32,000 nt of DNA from an uncultured archaeon (GTDB lineage: Archaea > Iainarchaeota > Iainarchaeia > Iainarchaeales > Iainarchaeaceae), in contig CAZNZM010000001.1 of NCBI GenBank assembly GCA_964577555.1, positions 117,278 to 149,277 on the forward strand. Direction: 5' to 3'. Below, piece after piece: positions 17,827-25,886 of this stretch; position 1 is the first letter of the stretch, and every line of letters begins with the position of its first letter. The translations under genes were made by a program, and so were the position numbers. A model generated the notes under the pieces. That model saw only the letters and a list, made by a program, of their open reading frames with translations. It searched no databases and was not told the origin of the DNA.

Positions 17827-18827
17827 GCCAAACAATGAAAGCGACAGCAATTGCAAACGCCAACATAGCATTAGTAAAATACTGGGGAAAAAGAGACCAA
17901 AAACTTACTCTGCCACAAAATTCAAGCATATGCATGGTTTTGGATAAATTATATACAATAACAACAACAGAATTCTCAAAAAAACTGACACATGACACTC
18001 TTATAATTGATGGAAAAAAAGCATCACAGCAAGAACTTGAAAGAACAACAAAACACTTAGATATTATCAGAGAGATAGCTGGAAAAAAAATTTATGCTCA
18101 CATTGAAAGCAAAAATAATTTTCCAAAATCGGCAGGCTTGGCGAGTTCGGCTTCCGGATTTGCGGCTCTTACACTATCTGCAACAAAAGCAATTGGTTTG
18201 GAACTGAATGAAAAAGAACTAAGCATAATTGCAAGGCAAGGTTCTGGAAGTGCAGCAAGAAGCATTCCAGGAGGATTTGTAGAACTCACAAAAGGAACCA
18301 AAAGCGATGGCTCGGATTGTTTTGCATTCCAAATAGCACCAAAAGAACATTGGCCAGAACTTACAATGATTGTTGCAGTAGTTACGAAAAAAGAAAAGCA
18401 AATTTCATCAACAAAAGGAATGGAAAACACAGTTGAAACATCACCTCTTTACAAAGCTTGGCTTGAAACAATAGAAGAAGACCTTGAAAAAACCAGAAAA
18501 GCAATAAAAGAAAAAAACATTGAATTGCTAGGCAAGACAGCAGAAATGAATTGTCTAAAAATGCACTCCACAATGCTTACAACCGAACCACACATCATAT
18601 ATTGGGAACCTGAAACAATAAAATTGATAAAAGAAGTAATGAAAATGCGCTCCGAAGGAATAGAATGCTATTTTACAATAGATGGCGGACCACAAGTAAA
18701 AATAATATGCTTAGAAAAAGACAGAAAAAAAGTTGAAAAAAAAATCAAAAAAATGAAAGAAGTAAAAGCAATCTATTCCTGCCATGCTGGAGACGGAGCA
18801 AGAATTGAAAAAAAAGGGTTATTCTAA
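17823..18827 (+). CDS. mvaD: Diphosphomevalonate/phosphomevalonate decarboxylase family
   Basis: ANANIALVKYWGKRDQKLTLPQNSSI; SAGLASSASGFAAL; GSGSAARSIPGGFVE; FTIDGGPQVKI. Confidence 0.93.
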   Translation: MSQTMKATAIANANIALVKYWGKRDQKLTLPQNSSICMVLDKLYTITTTEFSKKLTHDTLIIDGKKASQQELERTTKHLDIIREIAGKKIYAHIESKNNFPKSAGLASSASGFAALTLSATKAIGLELNEKELSIIARQGSGSAARSIPGGFVELTKGTKSDGSDCFAFQIAPKEHWPELTMIVAVVTKKEKQISSTKGMENTVETSPLYKAWLETIEEDLEKTRKAIKEKNIELLGKTAEMNCLKMHSTMLTTEPHIIYWEPETIKLIKEVMKMRSEGIECYFTIDGGPQVKIICLEKDRKKVEKKIKKMKEVKAIYSCHAGDGARIEKKGLF

Positions 18828-19333
18828 TGAAAGAAAAAGAAGAAATAATTGACATAATAAATGAAAACGACCAAACAATAGGTTTTGCAACCCGCTCAGA
18901 AGTAAAACAAAAAAAACTGCTTTACAGGTGTGCCGGAATATACCTCGAAAGAAACGGAAAAATAGCACTCGAAAAAAGAAGCATGAAAAAAGAAATAAGA
19001 CCTGGAAATTGGAGCATTGTTGAAGAAACCGTAAAAAGCGGGGAAACATTCGAACAAGCAGCAATAAGAGGATTAAAAGAAGAACTAGGCCTGAAAGCAA
19101 TAAACCTAAAATTCGTAGGAAAAAAAATAATTGAAGACATGAAATACCCTGACAAATTCATGCTGGGTATTTTCAAATGCAATGCAAAAGGAAATTTGAA
19201 GTTGCAAAAAGAAGAAGTTGAAAAGGCAAGATTCTTGACGCTAAAACAAGTTGAAGCAATGATAAGAAATGGAAAAAACATAAGCCCATCACTAACAGAA
19301 ACATTTAACATATACATAAAAAGCAAAAGTTGA
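18827..19333 (+). CDS. Nudix protein, IDI-1-like but lacking the catalytic Cys
   Basis: EKRSMKKEIRPGNWSIVEETVKSGETFEQAAIRGLKEELGL; located inside the mevalonate operon. Confidence 0.8.
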   Translation: MKEKEEIIDIINENDQTIGFATRSEVKQKKLLYRCAGIYLERNGKIALEKRSMKKEIRPGNWSIVEETVKSGETFEQAAIRGLKEELGLKAINLKFVGKKIIEDMKYPDKFMLGIFKCNAKGNLKLQKEEVEKARFLTLKQVEAMIRNGKNISPSLTETFNIYIKSKS

Positions 19334-19338
19334 TTGAA

Positions 19339-20151
19339 ATGAAAAATGAAAAAAATTTGTATATAATAAAACTTGGCGGCTCGGTAATAACTGAAAAAAA
19401 AACAGGCAAATTCATAATAAAAAAGGAAAAAATTGCGAAAATTGCAAAAGAAATAAAAAAAGCCCAAAAAAAGAAAAAATTCCAATTAATAATAGTACAC
19501 GGAGCAGGCCCTTTCGGGCATAAAATAGTTTCAGAATATGGAATCTCAAACGGAGTAAAAACTAAAAAACAATTTGAAGGATTCAAAAAAACAAAAGAAT
19601 CAATGAGGCGACTATGTAAGCAAATAATCAAAATACTGAAAAAAAACGGAATAAAAGCAACTCCGGCGCAAGACAAAGCAAACATAATTCAACATAACAA
19701 GAAAATTGTTAAACTGAATCTTGAAGGAATAAAAAAAATCTTGAAAACGGAAAAAGTCCCCATACTCCACGGAGACATGGTAAAAGACACTGCAATCGGA
19801 GCATCGGTAGTAAGCGGGGACACTATAATTGCAATTCTTGCAAACAAATTAAATGCAACAAAAGTTTTTTACGGCACTGATGTAAATGGAATATATAACT
19901 CAAATCCAAAAAAAAACAAAAAAGCCAAACTCATAAAAGAAATAAACAACAGCAACATAAAAAAAGTCTTGAAAATGACAACAGGGGCAAACACAATTGA
20001 TGTAACTGGAGGAATGAAAGGAAAATTAGAAGAAATAAGAAAAAACATAAAAGGCATAGAGTGTTTTGTATTCAACCTTCAAAATGAAAAAAACATTAAT
20101 AAACTATTGTTTGGAAAAAAAACCAATTGCACAAAAATAATATTCAACTAA
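19339..20151 (+). CDS. ipk: Isopentenyl phosphate kinase (AAK superfamily)
   Basis: YIIKLGGSVITEKKTGKF; IIVHGAGPFGHKIVSEYGI; HGDMVKD; DVTGGMKGKLEEI. ATG at 19339 preferred over TTG at 19330. Confidence 0.92.
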   Translation: MKNEKNLYIIKLGGSVITEKKTGKFIIKKEKIAKIAKEIKKAQKKKKFQLIIVHGAGPFGHKIVSEYGISNGVKTKKQFEGFKKTKESMRRLCKQIIKILKKNGIKATPAQDKANIIQHNKKIVKLNLEGIKKILKTEKVPILHGDMVKDTAIGASVVSGDTIIAILANKLNATKVFYGTDVNGIYNSNPKKNKKAKLIKEINNSNIKKVLKMTTGANTIDVTGGMKGKLEEIRKNIKGIECFVFNLQNEKNINKLLFGKKTNCTKIIFN

Positions 20152-20835
20152 ATTCAACATAAACAAAAAATTGGCTAAAAAAATAAAAAATTAAAAAAAA
20201 TAAGAAAAACACCTTAAAAAGAACTAAAAAATAAGCATAGGTAGATCGCAAAAAAAAAGAAAATTCAATTAAAAAACAAAAAAATAATGTCAAAAAAAAC
20301 AACACACAAAAACAAAAAAAACAACTTGACAAAAAAAAGAATTCAAAAAAAAAGAAAAATGACAAAAAAATTGGCTTGCAAAAATAAATCCAAAAAAACA
20401 CATAAACAACGCCTAAAATGCAAAAAAAGAGCTGAAAAATAAAAACAAAAAATCAATTAAAAAAAATAAAATTGTCTAAAAAAAGGCTCACAAAAAAAAC
20501 AACTTTGACAAAAAAAAATACCAAAAAAACGGCTCGCCAAAAAAACAAAATTAAAAAAATGGCTTGCAAAAAACAAAACAAAAAAAATGACCAACAAAAA
20601 AAATACCAAACAAAAAAATAATTCAAAAAAAATAAATAACAAAAAAAACTTGGCTCGCCAAAAAAACGGATTGAAAAAAAAACCGCAAAAAAATAGCTCA
20701 CAAAAAAAACAATTAAAAAAAATAAAATCGACTAAAAAATTGGCCAAAAAATAAATTAATAATTAAAAAAACTAAAACCAAGATTAACAGAAACAAAAAA
20801 ACAAGAAACAAGACAAAAATTTTAAATTAAAACTT
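20152..20835. repeat. Low-complexity poly-A island B
   Basis: About 0.7 kb of A-runs with ggctcac, ggctcgcc, ggcttgc words; contains segments near-identical to island D. Confidence 0.85.
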
Positions 20836-20862
20836 GGCTAGAAAACTCAGAAAATTACAAAT

Positions 20863-21423
20863 TCACAAAAAAAAATTTTTCCCCTGCTCGTCGCTATAAA
20901 CTATTCTAATTGTCTCCCTAAGCCAAACAGGATAATTTGATGAACCGCCTTGAATATCTTTCAAAACGGTTTTTGCTGGGATTTTAATTATTTTATTATT
21001 AGTATGGCTTGCAGAAGGAATTATTTTGCCAGAGTATTCCGTAAATGCGGCCAGGCAATATTCATTTTCACAAGAACCATCTCCATAATCCTTCTCATAA
21101 GAATAACCTCCAAGAATCTTGATTTCAACTTTTTTTATCCCATATTCGTCTTCCAAGCACCTGATAGCCGAATCAATGGGCTTCTCACCAGCCAAAACAT
21201 GGGTTGTCGGCGAATCAAATACGCCACCGCCAACTTTATTACGAGGTCTTTCATGAAGAACAAGTTCTTTTTTGTCATTAAAAACAAGAACTTGAATTGC
21301 CAAATGCTTTACACCGGGCGAAGTATGTCCAGAACGCCTATCAATAATTTTTCCAGTAACCTTGCCAAATTCATCAACACAAACAAGCAACTGGTTTGGG
21401 TTATCCAAAAGACCGTGGGACAT
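20863..21423 (-). CDS. Nudix protein resembling type I isopentenyl-diphosphate isomerase
   Basis: VDEFGKVTGKIIDRRSGHTSPGVKHLAIQVLVFNDKKELVLHERPRNK..VFDSPTTHVLAGEKPIDSAIRCLEDEYGI..CENEYCLAAF aligns along IDI-1, Cys position replaced. Confidence 0.8.
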   Translation of the reverse strand: MSHGLLDNPNQLLVCVDEFGKVTGKIIDRRSGHTSPGVKHLAIQVLVFNDKKELVLHERPRNKVGGGVFDSPTTHVLAGEKPIDSAIRCLEDEYGIKKVEIKILGGYSYEKDYGDGSCENEYCLAAFTEYSGKIIPSASHTNNKIIKIPAKTVLKDIQGGSSNYPVWLRETIRIVYSDEQGKNFFL

Positions 21424-21509
21424 TCAAAAGTAAAAAAACAAAAGAAAAATAAAGGTTAAGTATTGGAATTTTGCAAACCAAAGTCAATATAAAATACTTA
21501 AACTGGCCA

Positions 21510-21980
21510 TCAAGAATATTTCTTTCTTAATTCCATAAGGCAATTTTTGATCAGATCCAAAGACTCATTAATGTTTTTTGAAACAGAATATTCAAAACCC
21601 TTTGAAACATCATCTTTGCCAAACATCGGATTAGTTGAAAATGAAATTCTTTTACCACGCCATTCCAGCAAGCCAAGATTAAAAAGCCTTGCAAGATGAT
21701 ACCGCAAAGCCTTTTCACCGATTTTTCTTTTTTGAGAAACAAGATAAGAATTCAACTCAGAAATTTTTGGAAACTTCTTTTTTGATATTTGAAAATAAAA
21801 CAAAGCATCAAGAACGTCCAAAACCCCAGACCTTGACTCATTTGGCGAAATAAGACCAGAAGAAAGCGCAAACCAACGAATCAAAGAACGCTTAGTAAGA
21901 GAAACCTCCTGCGGAAAATCCATCTGCCTTATTGTAAAAGAACGCCTCACCAATTCAGCCTCTGGAAACTCCAAAGCCAT
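21510..21980 (-). CDS. Winged-helix-like putative transcriptional regulator
   Basis: LDALFYFQISKKKFPKISELNSYLVSQKRKIGEKALRYHLARLFNLGLLEWRGKRI pattern of wHTH (LRYHLARLxxLGLLEWRG). Confidence 0.6.
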   Translation of the reverse strand: MALEFPEAELVRRSFTIRQMDFPQEVSLTKRSLIRWFALSSGLISPNESRSGVLDVLDALFYFQISKKKFPKISELNSYLVSQKRKIGEKALRYHLARLFNLGLLEWRGKRISFSTNPMFGKDDVSKGFEYSVSKNINESLDLIKNCLMELRKKYS

Positions 21981-21995
21981 ACAAAAACATCTCCA

Positions 21996-22037
21996 AAATA
22001 ATACTAAAATAATATTAGAAATTCTTAAATAATATTA
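21996..22037. promoter_or_regulatory. Three iterons AAATAATAYTA upstream of the wHTH gene
   Basis: AAATAATACTA 21996-22006, AAATAATATTA 22007-22017, AAATAATATTA 22027-22037. Confidence 0.4.
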
Positions 22038-22157
22038 GAAAATTTATTAAAAAGATGATAATTCGTCAAAAAACGAATAAAAAAATAAATTTACTACATA
22101 ACAAACTTTAGGTAGGATTTAATAATATAAAAAATGTAAAAATATATTCGGATTAAG

Positions 22158-22514
22158 ATGCTTGAAATTTCAACACAATTATTTCCATATAGGCTCAAAA
22201 TGGAAACCCGCCAACCAATAGAACTTAAAGTCACAATAAAAAACAACAGCAGAGAACCGGCTTTAGTTTCCTATGATATTGCAACAGAAAAAACCCTGGC
22301 TTTGGACAAAGGCGGATACAAGTCAACTGAAAATGTAAAAGTCGGAGTTATTGCACCGGGAGCAAGCATTTCTGGAAGGTTTGAAGTTTTTGCCAAACAT
22401 CTTGCAAAAATCGGGCTTCATAAAATTTATATAAGGGCGACAGAGCATTACAATAACTACAACCTAGTGAAAAATGAATATAGAAAGGAAATAGAAGTTC
22501 TGGTTGATAAATAA
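22158..22514 (+). CDS. Hypothetical beta-sandwich (Ig/CARDB-like) protein
   Basis: ETRQPIELKVTIKNNSREPALVSYDI... alternating beta pattern; A/T-rich TATA-like region taataatataaaa upstream. Confidence 0.6.
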   Translation: MLEISTQLFPYRLKMETRQPIELKVTIKNNSREPALVSYDIATEKTLALDKGGYKSTENVKVGVIAPGASISGRFEVFAKHLAKIGLHKIYIRATEHYNNYNLVKNEYRKEIEVLVDK

Positions 22515-22551
22515 ATTTAAAAAAAATGTTTTTGAATGACTTGGTGTTGGT

Positions 22552-22665
22552 ATGATAAGAATAAAAACTGAAAAATGCCAGGAATGCGGAGAATTAGTTC
22601 AAGTATTCAATATTGCAAATCACAAAAAGAATCATGAATTGGAAAAGAAAAAACAAACAGGATAA
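22552..22665 (+). CDS. 37-aa single C2H2 zinc-finger microprotein (not in the ORF track)
   Basis: ATG 22552, TAA 22665; MIRIKTEKCQECGELVQVFNIANHKKNHELEKKKQTG; C-x2-C-x11-H-x3-H. Confidence 0.6.
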   Translation: MIRIKTEKCQECGELVQVFNIANHKKNHELEKKKQTG

Positions 22666-22708
22666 TTGCAAATGATTATTCAACCAAAAGAGTTGAGTTC
22701 TTACAGTT

Positions 22709-23437
22709 TCAGGGCTTGGCAAACAATTTTCTTAAAGCAGTTGGAATATATCTATCTGGAAGATTAAATAAGAGACTAGCCACAAGAGGTTTTGTAATAT
22801 TTAATGGATAAGCGTTAACCTCTGTGACTAAAGCTCTTTCACCGGGAAGTGTGTTCCTTCTATCATAAATTTTTATCTTTACTTCATGCCTCATAAAAAA
22901 TTTATCCCTTATAGGCCCATGAATTTCGGGGTTTGAAGGAGCATATAAGTATATTTTTGGAGAAAATAATGACTCTAATATAGCAGTACGATGACTAAAT
23001 AAAAATCGCAAAATAGCATATGTCTGTGAATGTATTCCAAATTTTTTTTTAAATTCTTGATCCCTATTTCCAAGCAGTTTAGCCCTTTCAGTTGGGTCTT
23101 TACATTGTTCTTCTCCTACTCTTTGCACGCTTCTTATAACTATTATACGCGCCCCATTTAATGAACCTTGTGTAAATTCAAGCGCATACATTGTTGGTTG
23201 AGAAATAGTATAATCTCCAGGGGATTTCCATTTCAAAATAAAGTAATTATTATGAGATCTGTATCCGTCATAATTTGTAAAACCCTTTGTTATTGCTTCT
23301 GAAGAATTAGGAATAGCAGCAAAATGTTTTCTAAAACCATGGCTTGCCAACAAGCTTGCTTTTTCTTTAAGTTGTAAACTATTGAATGATTGGCCCCATA
23401 AATTTAAACTATTTTTTTTGCGGATTTGTCGAGGCAT
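22709..23437 (-). CDS. Hypothetical protein
   Basis: 242-aa ORF of normal composition; no family recognised. Confidence 0.5.
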   Translation of the reverse strand: MPRQIRKKNSLNLWGQSFNSLQLKEKASLLASHGFRKHFAAIPNSSEAITKGFTNYDGYRSHNNYFILKWKSPGDYTISQPTMYALEFTQGSLNGARIIVIRSVQRVGEEQCKDPTERAKLLGNRDQEFKKKFGIHSQTYAILRFLFSHRTAILESLFSPKIYLYAPSNPEIHGPIRDKFFMRHEVKIKIYDRRNTLPGERALVTEVNAYPLNITKPLVASLLFNLPDRYIPTALRKLFAKP

Positions 23438-23815
23438 AAGTTTTCACTTTATTTTTAAAAAAATATATTAATATATATAACATTTATTATACATAACAAA
23501 TTTTAAACAAACACTTAAAAAATTATTAAATAAAACCCAAAACAATTTGTTGCATTCTATTCATTCTATTATACAAGCAAAATTTTAATTTTTCAAAAAA
23601 TCCCTTCGTAATTTTGACGTATAATATACCTTATACGGCATTATAACATTATATTGTTAATTTTAAGTCAAAAAAGAATAATATTAAAGGAAGAAAGGGG
23701 GTTAAAGCTAAAAAAAATAAAAATTTGGAGAATTTGGGATTAAATTTGGGTTTAAAAATAAAGTAAAAAAGAGGAATAAAAAGAAGAAAAAAACAATAAA
23801 ATTATGTATAATGAA

Positions 23816-24187
23816 TTAGATTTTCTTAAATATCCTGGAAAATGGATTTGACATAGCCAATTTATATTGCCCTTTTTCTTCAATAAGCTCCCCCATATGG
23901 ACTAAATATTTAACTACTTCAACTACATCCCTCTCTTCAAAACCGCCAATTTTTGAAATTGAAGTTATGTCTAAAGAACCATTTTCCATCATCAAAAACT
24001 TTATTGAAAAAATAAGATTAGACCAATAAGCCAGCTCCTTTCCAAAATTTTTTTGAAAAAAACGGGCATCAAACAAAAGCTTTGTCATAAAATCAGTATT
24101 AGGATTAATAATAGCTTCCTTCATTTCTGAATTCAGTGCAAAAGCTTTTTGCCAAAGGGAATTCTCAATTATAGGTTTGGACATCAA
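23816..24187 (-). CDS. Hypothetical protein with possible wHTH C-terminus
   Basis: NGSLDITSISKIGGFEERDVVEVVKYLVHMGELIEEKGQYKL resembles a wHTH; ATG start within MMSKP. Confidence 0.5.
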   Translation of the reverse strand: MMSKPIIENSLWQKAFALNSEMKEAIINPNTDFMTKLLFDARFFQKNFGKELAYWSNLIFSIKFLMMENGSLDITSISKIGGFEERDVVEVVKYLVHMGELIEEKGQYKLAMSNPFSRIFKKI

Positions 24188-24236
24188 TTCAAATTTAAAA
24201 AGACAACAATTTTAAAAAAAATAGGTAAAAATAAAA

Positions 24237-24356
24237 GGAACGGGCGCCAAAAAGACTTCCAAAAAGGAGTTTACTCACAAGCGAGTTACAGCCTGGCCCG
24301 TCCTTTTGTTTCGGTTTATCTGCAATGTAACAGATGTTTCACCGCAAGGAAAAGGA
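24237..24356 (-). ncRNA. Candidate structured non-coding RNA
   Basis: Stem GGAACGGGC (24237-24245)/GCCCGTCC (24296-24303, one bulge) enclosing hairpins ACTTCC/GGAGT and ACTC/GAGT; adjacent hairpin 24301-24356 with TCCTTTT/AAAAGGA, CGGT/ACCG, ATCTG/CAGAT; T-rich tract follows on the minus strand. Confidence 0.4.
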
Positions 24357-24442
24357 AATTCCCTATTAATATACTTCCTTATTAGCTTTCCAAACAAGAA
24401 AACAATATTTTCAACAAGAGCGTTTTAATACAACTCGACAAA

Positions 24443-25414
24443 TTAACCAAAATCCATTTTGCCTTCCATAAAAAAAGCATCCAACTCTGGCAAAATATCG
24501 TTTATACTCTTAGCCAAAGCCATTTTTACCCTCAACTTCTTTGCCAATGGAATACATTTAGTAAGTCGCATAGCGTTAAGCCTCAAATGTTCAAGTTTAA
24601 CCATTTCAAACTTTTTACAAAGCTCATAATAATTATAAAATAGCTTCATTTTTTCTTTAGGTGAAAATTTTGGTTCTTTGCCGGACACAACGTATTTATG
24701 TATAAAATCAAATATTAATGGATTTATCATTGCCTGACGCCCAATCATAGCAAAGTCGGCTCCCGTCCTCTCTAATATTCTGACTGCATTTTCACACGAA
24801 TTTACATCACCGTTTGCCACAATAGGGACTTCGACAGAGTTCCTTATCTTTGCTATTGCATTCCAATCAGCAATACCTGAATAACCTTGCACAGCTGTTC
24901 TTGCGTGCACTATTATTCCATCAACCCCTGATTTTTCAAGTATTCTGCAAATTTTAATAGATTCGTCTTTAGCCCAACCTAAACGAATTTTAACAGTTAC
25001 GGGTTTTGACACCTTGGATTTTATGGCTTTGACAATTGAACCTATTTTTTCAGGTTTTTTGAGCAAGGCGGCGCCAGCGCCGATGGAAACCTCTTTGTAC
25101 GAAGGACACCCACAATTTATGTTTATCATTTCAAAATTCGATTCAACAGCCTTGGCTGCAACGGCAAAATCCCTTTTATCAACGCCAAACAATTGAACTG
25201 CAACCGGTTTTTCTTCGTCGCAAGTTTTTATAATGGAAAATTCATTATTGGTAAACGGATCCGGATTGCGGGCTATTTGAGTGGCATTTATTTGTTCTGT
25301 GAACACCATTCCTGCGCCTTTTTGCACGCAAAGCATTCTAAATGGCAAGTTAGTGACAGCTGCCATTGGCGCTAAAAAGTATTTGCTTCTTACTTTAACA
25401 CCGCAAAAATCCAT
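24443..25414 (-). CDS. dus: tRNA-dihydrouridine synthase
   Basis: YFLAPMAAVTNLPFRMLC; NINCGCPS; ARTAVQGYSGIADWNAI; PIVANGDV; IGRQAMINPLIF. ATG at 25414 (GTG at 25423 lies inside the tRNA). Confidence 0.95.
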   Translation of the reverse strand: MDFCGVKVRSKYFLAPMAAVTNLPFRMLCVQKGAGMVFTEQINATQIARNPDPFTNNEFSIIKTCDEEKPVAVQLFGVDKRDFAVAAKAVESNFEMININCGCPSYKEVSIGAGAALLKKPEKIGSIVKAIKSKVSKPVTVKIRLGWAKDESIKICRILEKSGVDGIIVHARTAVQGYSGIADWNAIAKIRNSVEVPIVANGDVNSCENAVRILERTGADFAMIGRQAMINPLIFDFIHKYVVSGKEPKFSPKEKMKLFYNYYELCKKFEMVKLEHLRLNAMRLTKCIPLAKKLRVKMALAKSINDILPELDAFFMEGKMDFG

Positions 25415-25418
25415 GTTA

Positions 25419-25489
25419 TGCACCCGCCGGGATTTGAACCCGGGCCGAAAGCTTGGGAAGCTTTAAGGCTACCGCTACCCCACAGGTGC
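25419..25489 (-). tRNA. tRNA-Gly (anticodon CCC)
   Basis: Minus strand GCACCTG TG GGGT..GCCT T AAAGC TTCCCAA GCTTT CGGC CCGGG TTCAAAT CCCGG CGGGTGC A; anticodon at 25455-25457; complete cloverleaf, no CCA, no intron. Confidence 0.96.
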
Positions 25490-25570
25490 GTTAATTTATT
25501 ATAAAAAGTAGATTCGGGAAAATTTTAAATTACGCATTCAAAAAAAACTTTTGCGATTTATTGGAGGAGG

Positions 25571-25594
25571 CCCGAAGCTTTTTTTAGCTTCGGG
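25571..25594 (-). terminator. Perfect 9-bp hairpin CCCGAAGCT-N6-AGCTTCGGG
   Basis: Exact inverted repeat, loop of six T (+ strand) / six A (- strand), between the 44-aa minus ORF and tRNA-Gly. Terminator role is inferred. Confidence 0.4.
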
Positions 25595-25620
25595 GCAATG
25601 AATTTTGAAAGCAGTACTTG

Positions 25621-25755
25621 CTACTTGAGCATAGCAAGCAATGTTGAGGACGAACGCTTTTGATTAACCTTTTTAGAATTAAATCTGAGCCTAGCTGCTT
25701 TAATTCTTGGTACTTGTATAGTTTCTGTATCTTTTATGAATTCACGCCAATTCAT
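25621..25755 (-). CDS. 44-aa basic microprotein (not in the ORF track)
   Basis: MNWREFIKDTETIQVPRIKAARLRFNSKKVNQKRSSSTLLAMLK*, preceded by AAAGGAGG 7-8 nt before the ATG. Confidence 0.5.
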   Translation of the reverse strand: MNWREFIKDTETIQVPRIKAARLRFNSKKVNQKRSSSTLLAMLK

Positions 25756-25762
25756 CCTCAAA

Positions 25763-25798
25763 ACCTCCTTTGATATCCCACCTAAGAGGTGAAACCTC
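25763..25798 (-). promoter_or_regulatory. Leader with two mutually exclusive hairpins upstream of the SD
   Basis: Minus strand GAGGTttcACCTC (25798-25786) versus CACCTcttAGGTG (25791-25779); the SD contains a further GAGGT (25767-25763). Confidence 0.35.
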
Positions 25799-25886
25799 GA
25801 ACCACACGTTATAATTAATGCCTTTGATATATAAATAATAGTAAGTATAATAAATATATCTGCTATAAAAAGTATAGTGTGATAAA

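Noticed and set aside
20144-20747. Phe-rich, TM-like minus-strand ORFs in islands B and D (20144-20401, 20453-20701, 20457-20747, 29947-30189, 30048-30365, 30158-30442)
   Set aside because: Translation of poly-T. The shared peptide ASHFFNFVFLASRFF reflects nucleotide repeats, and overlapping frames are equally open.
24149-24385. 78-aa plus-strand ORF containing CNRCF
   Set aside because: Antisense to a gene start and overlapping the candidate structured RNA; no recognisable domain.
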